Notes: generated by a model from the sequence alone, not told the origin. A stretch of 64,000 bases of DNA from Oligoflexales bacterium (GCA_041736175.1 JBGSUI010000014.1:64001-128000); one strand, 5' to 3'. Shown: positions 38,698 to 49,835, counted from the stretch's first letter. A program made the numbers and translations.

Positions 38698-39366
38698 CTA
38701 GCGGCAACGCCTCCAGGCGATGCCGTAGTTTTGGGTGACATGACCGTCGATGGAGTCGACCGTAATCAGGCCACTGCCATTACGATTACGCATGTTATCT
38801 AGACGTAATTCTGTATTGATATTCAGGGAGCGAAATTCCCCGCAGGGCGACCAAACAGACGCTGAGACATCCAGAACATCCCGAGCTTGGTAGTTGCGGC
38901 TGACGGGACCCTGCATCAACGTCCTAAAGCTGGAAGTCTGCTGGCGCCCCTGGAAGTAATAGGATGCCTGCTGGGTGCCCATGATACCTGGTTCTAGATC
39001 AACGAATCCACGGTAGTCAAAGGTGACCAGGGCATAGCTCCAACCATTGGGGTAGGCGAAATCAATGTTGATCTGACAGTTACGCCTTTTGTTGCTAAAA
39101 GGCTCGTTTGGTCCAATCGAAGCGACGTAGCTGTCAAACAGCAATGTCAAAGCCTTGAGATCGGGGGCGATATTTTGGGCGACAGATCCTGCGGGGCAGC
39201 CCGATCCAGCAAAAGAGACATTGCGGATTTGGACGTATTCGGGAACACTCCCGAATTGGCCATAGCTGACTCCAGCGGCCATAAACATGGGTAATCCCAT
39301 CGTGATCACTGACCCTAAAAAGGATCTCTTAAGACACTCTTTTACGCGACTAAACATGACTTCCAT
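38698..39366 (-). CDS. DUF4360-family secreted protein
   Basis: GSGCPAGS, LLFDSYVA, RRNCQI, DYRGF, VWSPCG, TVDSIDG, WRRC; GAGGAG RBS before 39366. Confidence 0.85.
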   Translation of the reverse strand: MEVMFSRVKECLKRSFLGSVITMGLPMFMAAGVSYGQFGSVPEYVQIRNVSFAGSGCPAGSVAQNIAPDLKALTLLFDSYVASIGPNEPFSNKRRNCQINIDFAYPNGWSYALVTFDYRGFVDLEPGIMGTQQASYYFQGRQQTSSFRTLMQGPVSRNYQARDVLDVSASVWSPCGEFRSLNINTELRLDNMRNRNGSGLITVDSIDGHVTQNYGIAWRRCR

Positions 39367-39440
39367 GGTGCACTCCTCTCGGTCGTTTGTTTGTTTTTTT
39401 GCCTGCAACCTTGATTCGCAAGACTCAACAAAAGGACTAA

Positions 39441-39456
39441 AGCAAGCGTCGTGCCA
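39441..39456 (-). promoter_or_regulatory. sigma54 -24/-12 promoter
   Basis: TGGCACGACGCTTGCT upstream of the DUF4360 gene. Confidence 0.7.
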
Positions 39457-39792
39457 AGGGTGATGAATATTTTTGAGTGGAATGCTAGGAGCATCTAGAA
39501 GCATGGATTTCTGAATAAAAAGCAGTGTAAAATGAAGATTTCACTTTTTTGTAGGTGGTTAGATAGTCCACTTTAGACAGGGAAAAATCGGTCTCATTTC
39601 TAAACCACTTTTCACTAAGATAAACAAAGCTGGAGTAGAGTTTTTTTGATCTGTGCTGATCGAGTATCAGTGTTGATAAAGAAACCCGACTTTCGCGAGT
39701 AGGAGGTTGTATTTAAAATAAAAAACGCAAAAAATACAATATATACAAATGGTTAAAACATTTTTATATATTTTCTAGAATGTCATGGTCTG

Positions 39793-40785
39793 ATGACAGA
39801 ATCCGTTGTTGCGTTCAAATCAACCCTAAGGTTATACTATCTGCTTTCACGCATGCTAACAGTGCCATGGCGGAGTATTTTCGTGTTGACAGATGAGACA
39901 TCGAGTTCTGAGCAAAAACTGAAGTCAGTGGCCTGGATGATTCCCTGTTACAATGAAGCCATCACAATTGCTACGGTGATTCAAGATATCAAGCTCCATG
40001 CTCCAGGCACTCAGATCTATGTTTACGATAATAATTCTACCGATGAAACTGGGGCCATTGCTTTAAGAGAAGGCGCTATTCTCCGTAGAGAACGCAAGCG
40101 GGGTAAAGGTGCAGTCGTTAAACGTATGTTCGAGGAAATCGATGCGGATATCTATATTATGGTCGACGGCGATGCGACTTACAGTATCGCTCATTGGTCT
40201 GGACTTGTTCGTCCGCTCCTAGAAGGTGATGCCGATATGGTCGTCGGTTCGCGCCTAGAGGAACATGCCAATGAGGCGTTTCGACCAATGCATGTGCTAG
40301 GCAACAAATTCCTGTGTTCGTTGATCCGCATCATGTTTAGGGTCAATATACGCGATATGCTCAGCGGCTATAGAGCTATGAGCCGAAAATTTGTTAAAGG
40401 GATGGCTATTAGTGCTAATGGATTTGCCATTGAAACCGAATTAACGATCCAGAGCCTGGAGAACAACTTTCGTATTCGTGAGGTACCCGCCCCCTACCGA
40501 GAACGTCCTAGCGGGAGTCATTCCAAGTTAAACACTTTTCAGGATGGTTTTATCATCCTTTTCTTTATTATCAGAATGTTAAAGGATCACAAACCGCTTA
40601 CTTTTTTTGGATCCCTGGCACTCTTGCTTGCCGCTTTAGCAATATGCGCAAATATTGCTGAGTTTTCGTCGGCGATGGTCCTGGCATCTGTCGCTGCAAT
40701 GGTTTCCGTGAGCACTGGAATTGTGCTGAATTCCATTTCGCAAAGAAGCAAAGAATTGATGGAGATCCTGAGAAAATGCAACTGA
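39793..40785 (+). CDS. GT2 polyprenol-phosphate glycosyltransferase (DPM/GtrB-like) with C-terminal TMs
   Basis: IPCYNEA, DNNSTD, VDGDATY, DMLSGYR, IETEL; true start probably near 39884. Confidence 0.9.
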   Translation: MTESVVAFKSTLRLYYLLSRMLTVPWRSIFVLTDETSSSEQKLKSVAWMIPCYNEAITIATVIQDIKLHAPGTQIYVYDNNSTDETGAIALREGAILRRERKRGKGAVVKRMFEEIDADIYIMVDGDATYSIAHWSGLVRPLLEGDADMVVGSRLEEHANEAFRPMHVLGNKFLCSLIRIMFRVNIRDMLSGYRAMSRKFVKGMAISANGFAIETELTIQSLENNFRIREVPAPYRERPSGSHSKLNTFQDGFIILFFIIRMLKDHKPLTFFGSLALLLAALAICANIAEFSSAMVLASVAAMVSVSTGIVLNSISQRSKELMEILRKCN

Positions 40786-42464
40786 AGTTGATTTTTGGCG
40801 ATTTTTTTGCCCCTCGTAGCGAGGGTCAAGTTATGCGCCAAAGGCTTGAGGCCATTGTAGCCTTTTTTGTCCTAGCGGCTTATGCCTACTACTTCTCTTG
40901 GGCTAAACTGGATGCAAACTCATGGCGGACAACAATCATAGGGGATTCTTCATTTTATCTTCAAATGTTTGATTCCTGGCGAGCTGGTACTTTTTCGAAA
41001 GAAGTCTTTCGCTATGGACCTGGTCCCATGTTGCTAGGACTTATATTCGGAACAGTCCATGGAAACCCATTCGTTGTGTATTCTGTGATCCTGTTTGGTA
41101 TCACTTACGCAACGCTTTTTTGGGCCATGCGTGCCTATACCGGGATGATACCTGCTGCCATAGCGATCATTGCGGTCATCAATACTAGTCCTATAGTTCC
41201 GTATTTTCTCCAGAACCCATACAGCAATAGTATTTCGGCAGCGTTAATCGTTGTAATCTGCACCATGATGCTTAATAAGCGCTCCTATGGGCCTATTCCA
41301 ATCCTGGGATTAGGCTTTCTTTTTGGGGCTAATTTTGCTGCTCGTTATAGCGATGCCGTCTTGCTCGCGGTAGGAATTATTTACCTCATCATGAGGGAGT
41401 TTATGGGGGACAGGCAAAGGGGCATAAAGGCTGCGCTTTGTTTTGCTGCTACGTCGTTACCATGGGCAATCGTTACTTTTTATCTTCATCATAAGTACCT
41501 TGGTTCTGTTCTCACGACTCCATATCACGATCATATTCCTTACATTCATCGACTCGCGCAATCTCCGAGCGAAGACATTTCTTCACATTTTACATCTCAC
41601 TTCTTTACGAATGTGCCGGCGAGTTTCTACCAATTGTGGATCGACCCACTTGCTTACGCGCTTCCCAGTGACATTGCTGGTCATCTACCAGTGATCGAAT
41701 TGATGCCGTTTTTGCTTCTAGCGCCGGTTGGATTGGCGCTGGCATTGACAACAAAAGGAACACGACTCGCTACGGCGGGCATGATAGGTCTTATTGCGAT
41801 TTGGTTCAGTTTCTATTGCTCTTTTTGGCCCGTTACTGCCCATGATTTTAAGTATTTCTGCCTTCGATACTTTGGTGGCTGGTATGAGATATTTTCTTTG
41901 TTCGCGCTTGTAGCTATTTGCAAGACGGTGGAGGCAGGGCTCGGACTCATCCGTACACGAAAGTTGACTCCCCAAACAAGGTCTCTAGGGTGGTCCATCG
42001 GTTTCGGATTAGCGGTCATAGCTTGTCTTCGTTTAATAGCGCCTATTGAGGCTGCTATGATTGCGTTTCGCCAAGTTCCTCAGTCAAAATTTCGTTTGGT
42101 CAGTAGTTTTGGTGAGCCTAACCTTGCGACAGATGAGCTGGCCAAAACTGCACTAAAGTCAGCAAATCCAGTGGAGTCTGGCGCCCATGTGACTCTAGAG
42201 AGTGTTTCGGATGTCCTCGAACTCTCGGAGCTGCGTTTTGATGCTCAGGATGAAGCAGAAAACGGATTTCCGTGGAGGGTTTCTGTGGAGTCTTCAGAGA
42301 ACGGAATCGATTATCGCCCGGTAGCTGGTGTTCGCACGGCCCGTATGAATCACAATTGGCGTATCTTATTCGACCGGACTCAGCTGCGGACCATACGTGT
42401 TTCGGTGATTGAGTCAAGACCAGGGTTTTTCTGGTCGATCAACGACTTTAAAGCCCTAAGGTGA
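40776..42464 (+). CDS. GT-C-like multi-TM glycosyltransferase with C-terminal discoidin-like domain
   Basis: Many TM segments, early GD..FY loop, soluble C-terminal beta domain (VESSENGIDY...WSINDF). Confidence 0.6.
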   Translation: MQLKLIFGDFFAPRSEGQVMRQRLEAIVAFFVLAAYAYYFSWAKLDANSWRTTIIGDSSFYLQMFDSWRAGTFSKEVFRYGPGPMLLGLIFGTVHGNPFVVYSVILFGITYATLFWAMRAYTGMIPAAIAIIAVINTSPIVPYFLQNPYSNSISAALIVVICTMMLNKRSYGPIPILGLGFLFGANFAARYSDAVLLAVGIIYLIMREFMGDRQRGIKAALCFAATSLPWAIVTFYLHHKYLGSVLTTPYHDHIPYIHRLAQSPSEDISSHFTSHFFTNVPASFYQLWIDPLAYALPSDIAGHLPVIELMPFLLLAPVGLALALTTKGTRLATAGMIGLIAIWFSFYCSFWPVTAHDFKYFCLRYFGGWYEIFSLFALVAICKTVEAGLGLIRTRKLTPQTRSLGWSIGFGLAVIACLRLIAPIEAAMIAFRQVPQSKFRLVSSFGEPNLATDELAKTALKSANPVESGAHVTLESVSDVLELSELRFDAQDEAENGFPWRVSVESSENGIDYRPVAGVRTARMNHNWRILFDRTQLRTIRVSVIESRPGFFWSINDFKALR

Positions 42465-42644
42465 GTTTCTTGGGGGTGAAAATCCCGCGCCTTTCTCTAT
42501 GATGGGTCCCTGAAGGCACAGCAAAATCACAGTAATATTCCTATAAAATCATTGATTTGTTTGGCTGTCTCTCATGCTAAGGCCCCATTGCGACGATGAG
42601 GTTTCGTGAGGTTATTTAGAGACGATTTTGTTTTTGAATAAAAG

Positions 42645-44300
42645 GTGGCCGTAACCAGGATGAAATTAGGTCCCGAGCAAAAAATAAAATGCCTTTTGGT
42701 GCAACCCCTTTTTCCTGACGGTAGCTTTTGGAACTACAAGGCGACCTGCGAGGCGATCGGGGCTAAGACACCAATGGTCCCTTTGGGGCTTATGACGGTG
42801 GCGGCTATTTTGCCTCAGCATTGGGAGTTTCGTTTGGTGGATCGCAACTGTCGTGGGGTGAATGAAGATGACTGGCTGTGGGCCGATCTGGTCGCAGTGG
42901 GTGGAATGCTTCCCCAACAATCGGATCTCCTCGAAGTGATCGCTGAGGCCCACCGTTATCAGAAATTTGTCGTGGTTGGGGGGCCAGATCCCACGAGCCA
43001 ACCGGATATCTATAAGTCTGCGGATGCCAGAGTTCTCGATGAGGGGGAGGTCTCGATTCCGCTATGGATTGAAAGTTGGCGTAACGGTAGCCCTGCTGGA
43101 ATCTTTAGGGGCGTGCAAAAGCCAGATATGAGCCTTTCACCTGCCCCGCGCTACGATCTGATCGATATCTACAACTACAACCAGTTAGCAATTCAGATTT
43201 CCAGGGGGTGTCCCTTTAACTGTGAGTTTTGCGATATTATCGAACTCTATGGTCGGAAGCCGCGGATAAAGACGGCGGACCAAGTGATTCGAGAGCTGGA
43301 GGCCATCAGAAAGACAGGATATGCAGGGGCTGTCGATATCGTCGACGACAATTTTATCGGCAACAAGCGATATATTAGAAATCATATCCTGCCGGCTCTG
43401 CGTCGATGGAACCGTCCACGATTGAGGCCCTTTTATTTTACCACCCAAGCGTCCATGAATTTAGGGGACGATATCCCGCTTATGAAAGACATGGTGATGG
43501 CAGGGTTTCGGTTTGTATTTTTTGGCATTGAAACCCCTGATCCAGAGCTGCTGATGAAAACCCAAAAAAGCCAAAATGTAGCTCAGTCTTTCGAAAAAAG
43601 AATGGACCAGATCCATGGCCAAGGGCTAACGCCCGTCGGCGGATTTATAATCGGCTTCGATGGTGAAAAACCTGGGATGGATATCAGCATCATTCGGTTT
43701 ATTGAGGCCCACGATATCACGGTTGCTATGGTGGGAATGCTCGTTGCCCTACCGAATACCCAGCTTTGGCGCCGCCTGTTAAAAGAAAAGCGGCTTATAG
43801 GCTTTGACGGCTATCTCAAAGGGGAAGGTGACCATGTCCTCCTTGAATCGAAATCCAGTGTCTTTGAGGTCAACGATCAGACTGTTTCGGGGCTTAATTT
43901 TGCGACGACCCGAGATCGCCATGAGATTCTCGCAGAATTTCGCAATGTAGTGGCAACCCTCTATGATCCCACAGCCTATATCCACCGCGCCTATCGCCAA
44001 GCCATAAGGGCCCGCAATTGGCCGATTCGGTTCCCGAGACTTTGGGAGTTTAAGAGAGATATGGTTGGATTCAGAAATCTTACTAAAACCATGACAAAAG
44101 ATCCTAGAACACGACGGATCTTTTGGAAGTATTTTTTACTCGCACTGGTCCGAGGAATCAATCCACTCGATGTTTATTTAAGGTTGTGCGGAATGTTTCT
44201 GCACTTTGATCTCCAAAGGGATTATGTCCTTAGAAAAACCAAAATCTTGCAAAATACTTTTAAAGAAGAATCATTTGGCACAACCAAAAAATCGGCTTAG
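42645..44300 (+). CDS. B12-binding radical SAM protein (DUF4070 / HpnP-like)
   Basis: PLGLMTVAA, VVVGGP, RGCPFNCEFCDI, VDDNFIGN, GIETP. Confidence 0.9.
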   Translation: MAVTRMKLGPEQKIKCLLVQPLFPDGSFWNYKATCEAIGAKTPMVPLGLMTVAAILPQHWEFRLVDRNCRGVNEDDWLWADLVAVGGMLPQQSDLLEVIAEAHRYQKFVVVGGPDPTSQPDIYKSADARVLDEGEVSIPLWIESWRNGSPAGIFRGVQKPDMSLSPAPRYDLIDIYNYNQLAIQISRGCPFNCEFCDIIELYGRKPRIKTADQVIRELEAIRKTGYAGAVDIVDDNFIGNKRYIRNHILPALRRWNRPRLRPFYFTTQASMNLGDDIPLMKDMVMAGFRFVFFGIETPDPELLMKTQKSQNVAQSFEKRMDQIHGQGLTPVGGFIIGFDGEKPGMDISIIRFIEAHDITVAMVGMLVALPNTQLWRRLLKEKRLIGFDGYLKGEGDHVLLESKSSVFEVNDQTVSGLNFATTRDRHEILAEFRNVVATLYDPTAYIHRAYRQAIRARNWPIRFPRLWEFKRDMVGFRNLTKTMTKDPRTRRIFWKYFLLALVRGINPLDVYLRLCGMFLHFDLQRDYVLRKTKILQNTFKEESFGTTKKSA

Positions 44301-44427
44301 GATTCAGTCTAATTTTTTGAGTTTATTTCCTGATTTTAAAGTGGTATGTTAAGGCTACCTTTTTTAGAATGTCGTATTTTATACCACGAGAATAAACTTA
44401 AAAAGTAAACTTGGATACAAAAATTCT

Positions 44428-47412
44428 ATGGCTGACTCCTCGGTAAAAAAAGCAAGTATATTGGATTTTATAACTAAAAAGGTCCTGTTCATTTGTTTGC
44501 TGACCTTTACTTTTTCTTATTTTCACCAGGGAGGGGGCTTTAACCAAAATGCGACCATTGGCGAAATACGGGAATTGGTCGAAAACCATACGGTTGAGAT
44601 TTCCAAATGGCTGCCCATTACAGGCGATGTGAGCCGTTATAACGGCAAAACCTATAGCAACAAATCTCCCAGTCTCCTGTTTATAGTCGCTCCCATCTAC
44701 TTTTGTATCTACCAGGGCGCGAGTCTCATTGGTATCGATATTTCTAGCGCTTCCTACAATCTTGTCGCAACTCACCTACTCACGTTTATGTGTTCAGGGA
44801 TCTGGGCTGTTTTCCTTGGCATCCTCTATCTTAAGCTGATTCCATACCTCTTTCCTTATCTATCAGAGGACGACTGCTACTGGTGCGCCTATTTTTTTAC
44901 GGTCGGGACCTTAACCTTTCCCTATGCGGGGGTGGCTTTTGTCCATAACTTTGAGACTTTTTGTGTCCTCTATGTCTTCTATCGGTTGGTCCTGTTTCAA
45001 AACCTCAAATCTAAACGATCGATGGATGTCTTGGCCCTAAGTTGTGGATTCATGATGCTTGCCAATCCAATCACCGTCCTGGCGATGCCCATTGTTTATA
45101 TTGTAGGGTGGTTCCAGTTTAACTCTCCAGTCTTTGCCAAAGATACTATCCTTCGGTTTATTAGATTTTCAATCATAGCCATGGTGCCCCTTCTGCCGCT
45201 TTTTATCTATAATCAGATGGTCTTTGACTTTTTTCTTTCAGGTAATCGCAACCACCAAGATCCCGTTTGGACAGACCCAAATCTTTGGATGGGGGTGTTT
45301 GGCCCCCCCCAATGGGAACGCATCGCGAATGTGTTTGGCTGGGGCCATCGGTCGGTGTTTACGATTATGCCCTTCCTGGTGATGGGCTTTCTAGGGGTCT
45401 TTGTCAAATTCAGGGACCAACCCGCTTTACCTCATAGGTATCTGGCGTTTCCCGTAGGAATTTTTGTGACCTTTCTGATGATGATTCTCACCTTTAATGG
45501 TTGGCATGGTGGCACCTGTTTAGGTCCAAGATATTTTATGGCAGCACTGCCGTTTATAGCGCTATCCTCGGTGCCATTTTTTGTACGTTACAGACTATTT
45601 TATGTTTCGCTCGTTTGTTGGAGTATCCTGGTCATGATGGTCGCGTCATCGGGGTCTATTTGGGTTTCTCAGAATGATTTCCATCCCCTGACAAGTATCT
45701 TGAATAAATTTGACGGACAAACAGCCACGGAATGGCCGTCTTTTTTGGGGCCCTCCCCGCCCTTTAATCGATACAATCTCGGTCACGTGATGGGATTTCC
45801 GGGGTATTGGTCACTGTTGCCCCTGGCGATAGCCCATGTTTTGGGGTTGGCAGCGATCTTTAGAAAAAAAATAGGCTTTTTTGCCAAGGAATCTTACGCG
45901 TCCCAATGGACCAGGGGTCTTCGGGTCTTGGGTGGATTAGTTGGGGCGCTTGTTTTGGTGAGACTCGCAGATTTAAATATAACCCCCTTTATCAATGACG
46001 AAGCCCATATCCAGCTTCGAGTGAGTCAGATATTGCAGGGCGGTGGTTTACCACTTGTAGGGCTCAGTGGAAGCCAGCCGATCCCCTATGGTCCCATCCC
46101 CATCTGGATCTATACCCTGCTTCGTTTTGTGTATGATAGCCACCTTATGATTTTATGGGGTCATACCTTAACCCATTTGTTAGCTCTATGGTTGTTTTTT
46201 AAGGTTCAAATCCGGATTTTTACACCTAAGATAGCGCTGCTGACGACGACGTTTGCTGCGAGTTCACCCTTTCTTTTCAATTATGCGCGCATGCCCTGGG
46301 ATAATACCTTTCTGTTTTTGTTTTCCATGGGCATGGTTTTTTTCGTCTCAAAAATTGTGGATTCCAAAAGCCATTCCAATGGGAATTGGTTTGGTTTAGG
46401 GTTCTTTAGTGGCTGTGCGATTGCAACTCACCTTATGGTGGTCCCCCTTGTGGTCAGTAGTTTTGCGGTAAGTCTCATCTATTCGAGGCAAAATTTAAAG
46501 GAAATCATTCGAAAAGTGGGGATGAGTGCCTTAGGAATTGGCTTGATCACATTGCCCTATTTTTCGGCGATTATGCGACTAGTCTTTTCCACTGGGTTGC
46601 AAGGACCTCCCTCCGCAGGCAAACACTGGGGTGGGTTGGCGCAGTGGCCCACAATACTGGAGCAATTCACCCGCTTTGTCTCGTTTCCAGGCTTTATAAG
46701 CTATTTCCTAAGGGGAAACGAAGCGGAAGTTCTTCAGTCTTTGCCCCGTTTCCTTAGGCTCATCGATAAAATCGACGGGACTTGGCTCCTCAAACTGCCG
46801 ATTCTTTTTGTGATCGCCTATCCTTTAGGGTTGGCCTTGTGTCTAAAGCGAAAGGATCTGCGCCAGCTTAATCCGATGCTTGTTTATTGTAGTCTGACAA
46901 CGGGTCTGGTTTTTACTCTCTATAGTTATAGTGGCCACTTGAGTCATCCTCATTACTATAATTATGTTTGGTGGATTCCTATGATGGCCTTGGGCTTTTT
47001 AATGACGTCCCATTGGCAGATCCCGTCCAAGCTAGCTGTCGGCCTGGTAACTCTCGGCCTTGGGCTTAATCTCTGGTTTACGGTGAGAGTCGGACGCTAT
47101 ATTGTTGAAAACGAGGGGATTCGTGGTCTTGGATGGGGGGCGAGCGCCAGAAACCAACAGAGGATTGTCCGAGAGTTGTGCCAGGCAACAAAAAGCCAGA
47201 ACCCTGTAGCCCCTGCGGAGGGTTATAAAGTCAAAGTCGATTTTTCAAAAGTCGTTATTTTACCCCATTCTCTTAGTTATTTTAGCCAAAAAGAGCCGGA
47301 ATGCCACGGGGTGACTTTAGAGTTTGCCTCCCAAGGGGAGTATTCTTTAGAGTATGCAGCCTCTGATCGCCCACCCCGAGCCAGGCTAAGGTATCAAAAG
47401 ACCCCAAATTAA
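44428..47412 (+). CDS. Large membrane protein with two fused GT-C-like modules
   Basis: Module 1: DVS.YNGKTYSNKSP...WHGG...GPRY. Module 2 (ArnT-like): FINDEA...YGP...PWDN. Confidence 0.65.
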   Translation: MADSSVKKASILDFITKKVLFICLLTFTFSYFHQGGGFNQNATIGEIRELVENHTVEISKWLPITGDVSRYNGKTYSNKSPSLLFIVAPIYFCIYQGASLIGIDISSASYNLVATHLLTFMCSGIWAVFLGILYLKLIPYLFPYLSEDDCYWCAYFFTVGTLTFPYAGVAFVHNFETFCVLYVFYRLVLFQNLKSKRSMDVLALSCGFMMLANPITVLAMPIVYIVGWFQFNSPVFAKDTILRFIRFSIIAMVPLLPLFIYNQMVFDFFLSGNRNHQDPVWTDPNLWMGVFGPPQWERIANVFGWGHRSVFTIMPFLVMGFLGVFVKFRDQPALPHRYLAFPVGIFVTFLMMILTFNGWHGGTCLGPRYFMAALPFIALSSVPFFVRYRLFYVSLVCWSILVMMVASSGSIWVSQNDFHPLTSILNKFDGQTATEWPSFLGPSPPFNRYNLGHVMGFPGYWSLLPLAIAHVLGLAAIFRKKIGFFAKESYASQWTRGLRVLGGLVGALVLVRLADLNITPFINDEAHIQLRVSQILQGGGLPLVGLSGSQPIPYGPIPIWIYTLLRFVYDSHLMILWGHTLTHLLALWLFFKVQIRIFTPKIALLTTTFAASSPFLFNYARMPWDNTFLFLFSMGMVFFVSKIVDSKSHSNGNWFGLGFFSGCAIATHLMVVPLVVSSFAVSLIYSRQNLKEIIRKVGMSALGIGLITLPYFSAIMRLVFSTGLQGPPSAGKHWGGLAQWPTILEQFTRFVSFPGFISYFLRGNEAEVLQSLPRFLRLIDKIDGTWLLKLPILFVIAYPLGLALCLKRKDLRQLNPMLVYCSLTTGLVFTLYSYSGHLSHPHYYNYVWWIPMMALGFLMTSHWQIPSKLAVGLVTLGLGLNLWFTVRVGRYIVENEGIRGLGWGASARNQQRIVRELCQATKSQNPVAPAEGYKVKVDFSKVVILPHSLSYFSQKEPECHGVTLEFASQGEYSLEYAASDRPPRARLRYQKTPN

Positions 47413-47538
47413 GCCCAATCCGCCCTCCAAGGGCGGGCATTAAAAGCATTGCCAAGATAATAATTCTTGAATAATGTTCGATTGGTGGCTATATTTTTGA
47501 AATAGGTGATGCGGTAACCGATCCTAGAATCGGTTTCC

Positions 47539-48906
47539 TTGCGGCGGTGGCTAAACTTGGGGAATCCATTGAATCTCAACCAATGTGGAGTTTTTTTTCA
47601 AAGTCTCTCAGAAAAAGCCCGCTTTGGAATCTCAACGATTATATGCTTTGCAGTTCTTATGTTCCGACTTAAGGAACGACTGATCCACCCCCATCTCTGG
47701 GCTGAAGATGGTGTGCTGTTCCTTTTAGGTGGTTTGCAGAAGGGTCTTTTGGGCCTTTTTGAGCCCTATGGCGGGTACTACCATTCGGTCAGTAAGATCC
47801 TGAGTTACGGACTCATCCAGCTATTCGATCTAACGTGGTTTCCTGTGGCAACGATTATCCTCTGTCTGGGGTTAACTTCCTTCATCTACTCCACCGTAAC
47901 GCTATCCGCCTATCGTTGGTTACTACCATCGGATGGGGTGCGGATCCTTACGGCGATCCTGCTTTGTTTAACCCCAGGATCCAGCGAAGTTTTAGGAAAT
48001 TTCACGAACTTGCATTGGATACTCTACTTTTACCTATGGCTTTTGGCGATGAAACCGGCAGAAAAGAGCTTTTCTATCCCTGAAGTCCTTTGTGCCTTTT
48101 TGATTTGTTTTTCCACCGGTGAGGTTGTTGTTTTACTCCCCCTGTTTCTGTGGCGCATCTACCAACAGCGCAGAGGGGGGTCCAAACGGTTGTTGCCATC
48201 ATCGCGATCTGATATTGCCATTGTCATCACCTTAGTCTTTTCTACGCTGCTTAACGTGGTGCAGAGAGAAGGAGGTGGCCCAGGGGTGGTCCACCAGTTC
48301 GATGCCATAGGCCATGCTTTAATGACAACGGTTTCACAACAAATGATTTATTTTCCCTGGATGGGCCAAGAGGTGTTGAATACTTGGTCGAGGCTTATGA
48401 ATCGATGGTACTATTATCTTTGGGCCTTTGTGATTCTAGGGATTTTGATCAAACAAATTTTGTATATGGATAAACAATCGGGTTGGACCTTTTTATTGGG
48501 TCTTTCCTGCGCTCTTGGTGTGCCCATGCTGACTTTTGTAGTCCGACCAGATAGTGCCCATGTTTATGCACGGGTGAAGCTTAATTTTATAGATGATATG
48601 AACTTTAGGTACTATTTTGTGATGGCTCCGTTTGCTGTGTTGTTGTGGAGTGTTGGGATCCAAGGGTTGGCTCGAAACAATCGATTCTACTGGATTTTCG
48701 CCTCTTTATTTGGAGTCGCCTATATCTCCGGGAGCCGGAACGATTTTTATATAAGCCCCCTCGGACTAGATCGTATGTGGGTTCAAGATGTCGTGCCCTT
48801 GATCAGTTCGGTAAAGACTGGCTGTCCTAAACAAGCCGTGGTCCCGATTTACCCCAATGGTTGGGTCATTGATTATCATTCTAAGTTTGAAAATATTTGT
48901 CCTTAG
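47539..48906 (+). CDS. GT-C / GtrC-like membrane glycosyltransferase
   Basis: LWAEDG, PYGGYYH, NFTNLHW, RYYF, PIYPNGW. Confidence 0.65.
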   Translation: MRRWLNLGNPLNLNQCGVFFQSLSEKARFGISTIICFAVLMFRLKERLIHPHLWAEDGVLFLLGGLQKGLLGLFEPYGGYYHSVSKILSYGLIQLFDLTWFPVATIILCLGLTSFIYSTVTLSAYRWLLPSDGVRILTAILLCLTPGSSEVLGNFTNLHWILYFYLWLLAMKPAEKSFSIPEVLCAFLICFSTGEVVVLLPLFLWRIYQQRRGGSKRLLPSSRSDIAIVITLVFSTLLNVVQREGGGPGVVHQFDAIGHALMTTVSQQMIYFPWMGQEVLNTWSRLMNRWYYYLWAFVILGILIKQILYMDKQSGWTFLLGLSCALGVPMLTFVVRPDSAHVYARVKLNFIDDMNFRYYFVMAPFAVLLWSVGIQGLARNNRFYWIFASLFGVAYISGSRNDFYISPLGLDRMWVQDVVPLISSVKTGCPKQAVVPIYPNGWVIDYHSKFENICP

Positions 48907-49001
48907 TTAATGTTACGATGCTTTTAATCCCAGGGGGAGTTTTAATTGTAGTCACGAACAAAGATCTGGTAAAATTGTAAGTCTCCAATAGGGTTGTTAT
49001 T

Positions 49002-49835
49002 TTGAAAGGTATACCTCTCATGCAAGAAATCGTTGATCAAGCGGGGAGCCAGCTTACCCCACAGGATCTAAAAGACATTGTAGTCTACATTCCTGCCTAC
49101 AATGCATCAAAGACACTTCCCAAAGTGCTCGACCGCATTCCTCAGCTCATCAGAGAAAACTGTCGTTGTATCTTGATCATTGATAATTGTAGTACAGATG
49201 AGACTTCAAAGGTTGGGCGTGACTATCAACAAAGAGCTGGGTTTGAGAAAGTCACTGTAGTTCGCAATGAGAAAAATCTTGGTTATGGCGGCAGTCAAAA
49301 AATTGCTTACCGCTACTGCATCCAAAATAACTGCAGAGGGGTCGTGATGCTTCATGGGGATGCGCAATACGCCCCGGAATTTGCTGGCTACCTTATTCAA
49401 AGTGTTGTTGATGGCAGCGCGGACATGGTTTTTGGCTCACGCATGGCTGGCAATCCGCTTAAAGGTGGGATGCCACTACACCGATTTTTAGGTAATCGGG
49501 CTCTGACTATTTTTCAAAATATCTTGCTTGGAACGAAAATTAGCGAATTCCATAGCGGGTATCGTGTGTTTTCTGTTAAAGCACTCAATCAAGTGCCTTT
49601 TGAAAATTTATCAACCGATTATCATTTTGACACTGAGATCCTAATATTGTTTGTCGAGCATGGATTGAGAATAGCTGAAAAGCCCATACCCACTCACTAC
49701 GGTGACGAAGAGTGTTACGTCAACATTTGGCAATATGGAATGAATGTCCTTGTGACCACAGTGACTTATTTTTGCCATAAAAATCGACTTCGTCACTCGA
49801 ATCGATGGGCTGCTCGCCTTGGACAATCGACCTAG
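49002..49835 (+). CDS. GT2 glycosyltransferase (polyprenol-phosphate sugar synthase-like)
   Basis: IPAYNA, NLGYGGSQK, LHGDAQY, SEFHSGYR, PTHYGDE; start may be 49020. Confidence 0.9.
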   Translation: MKGIPLMQEIVDQAGSQLTPQDLKDIVVYIPAYNASKTLPKVLDRIPQLIRENCRCILIIDNCSTDETSKVGRDYQQRAGFEKVTVVRNEKNLGYGGSQKIAYRYCIQNNCRGVVMLHGDAQYAPEFAGYLIQSVVDGSADMVFGSRMAGNPLKGGMPLHRFLGNRALTIFQNILLGTKISEFHSGYRVFSVKALNQVPFENLSTDYHFDTEILILFVEHGLRIAEKPIPTHYGDEECYVNIWQYGMNVLVTTVTYFCHKNRLRHSNRWAARLGQST

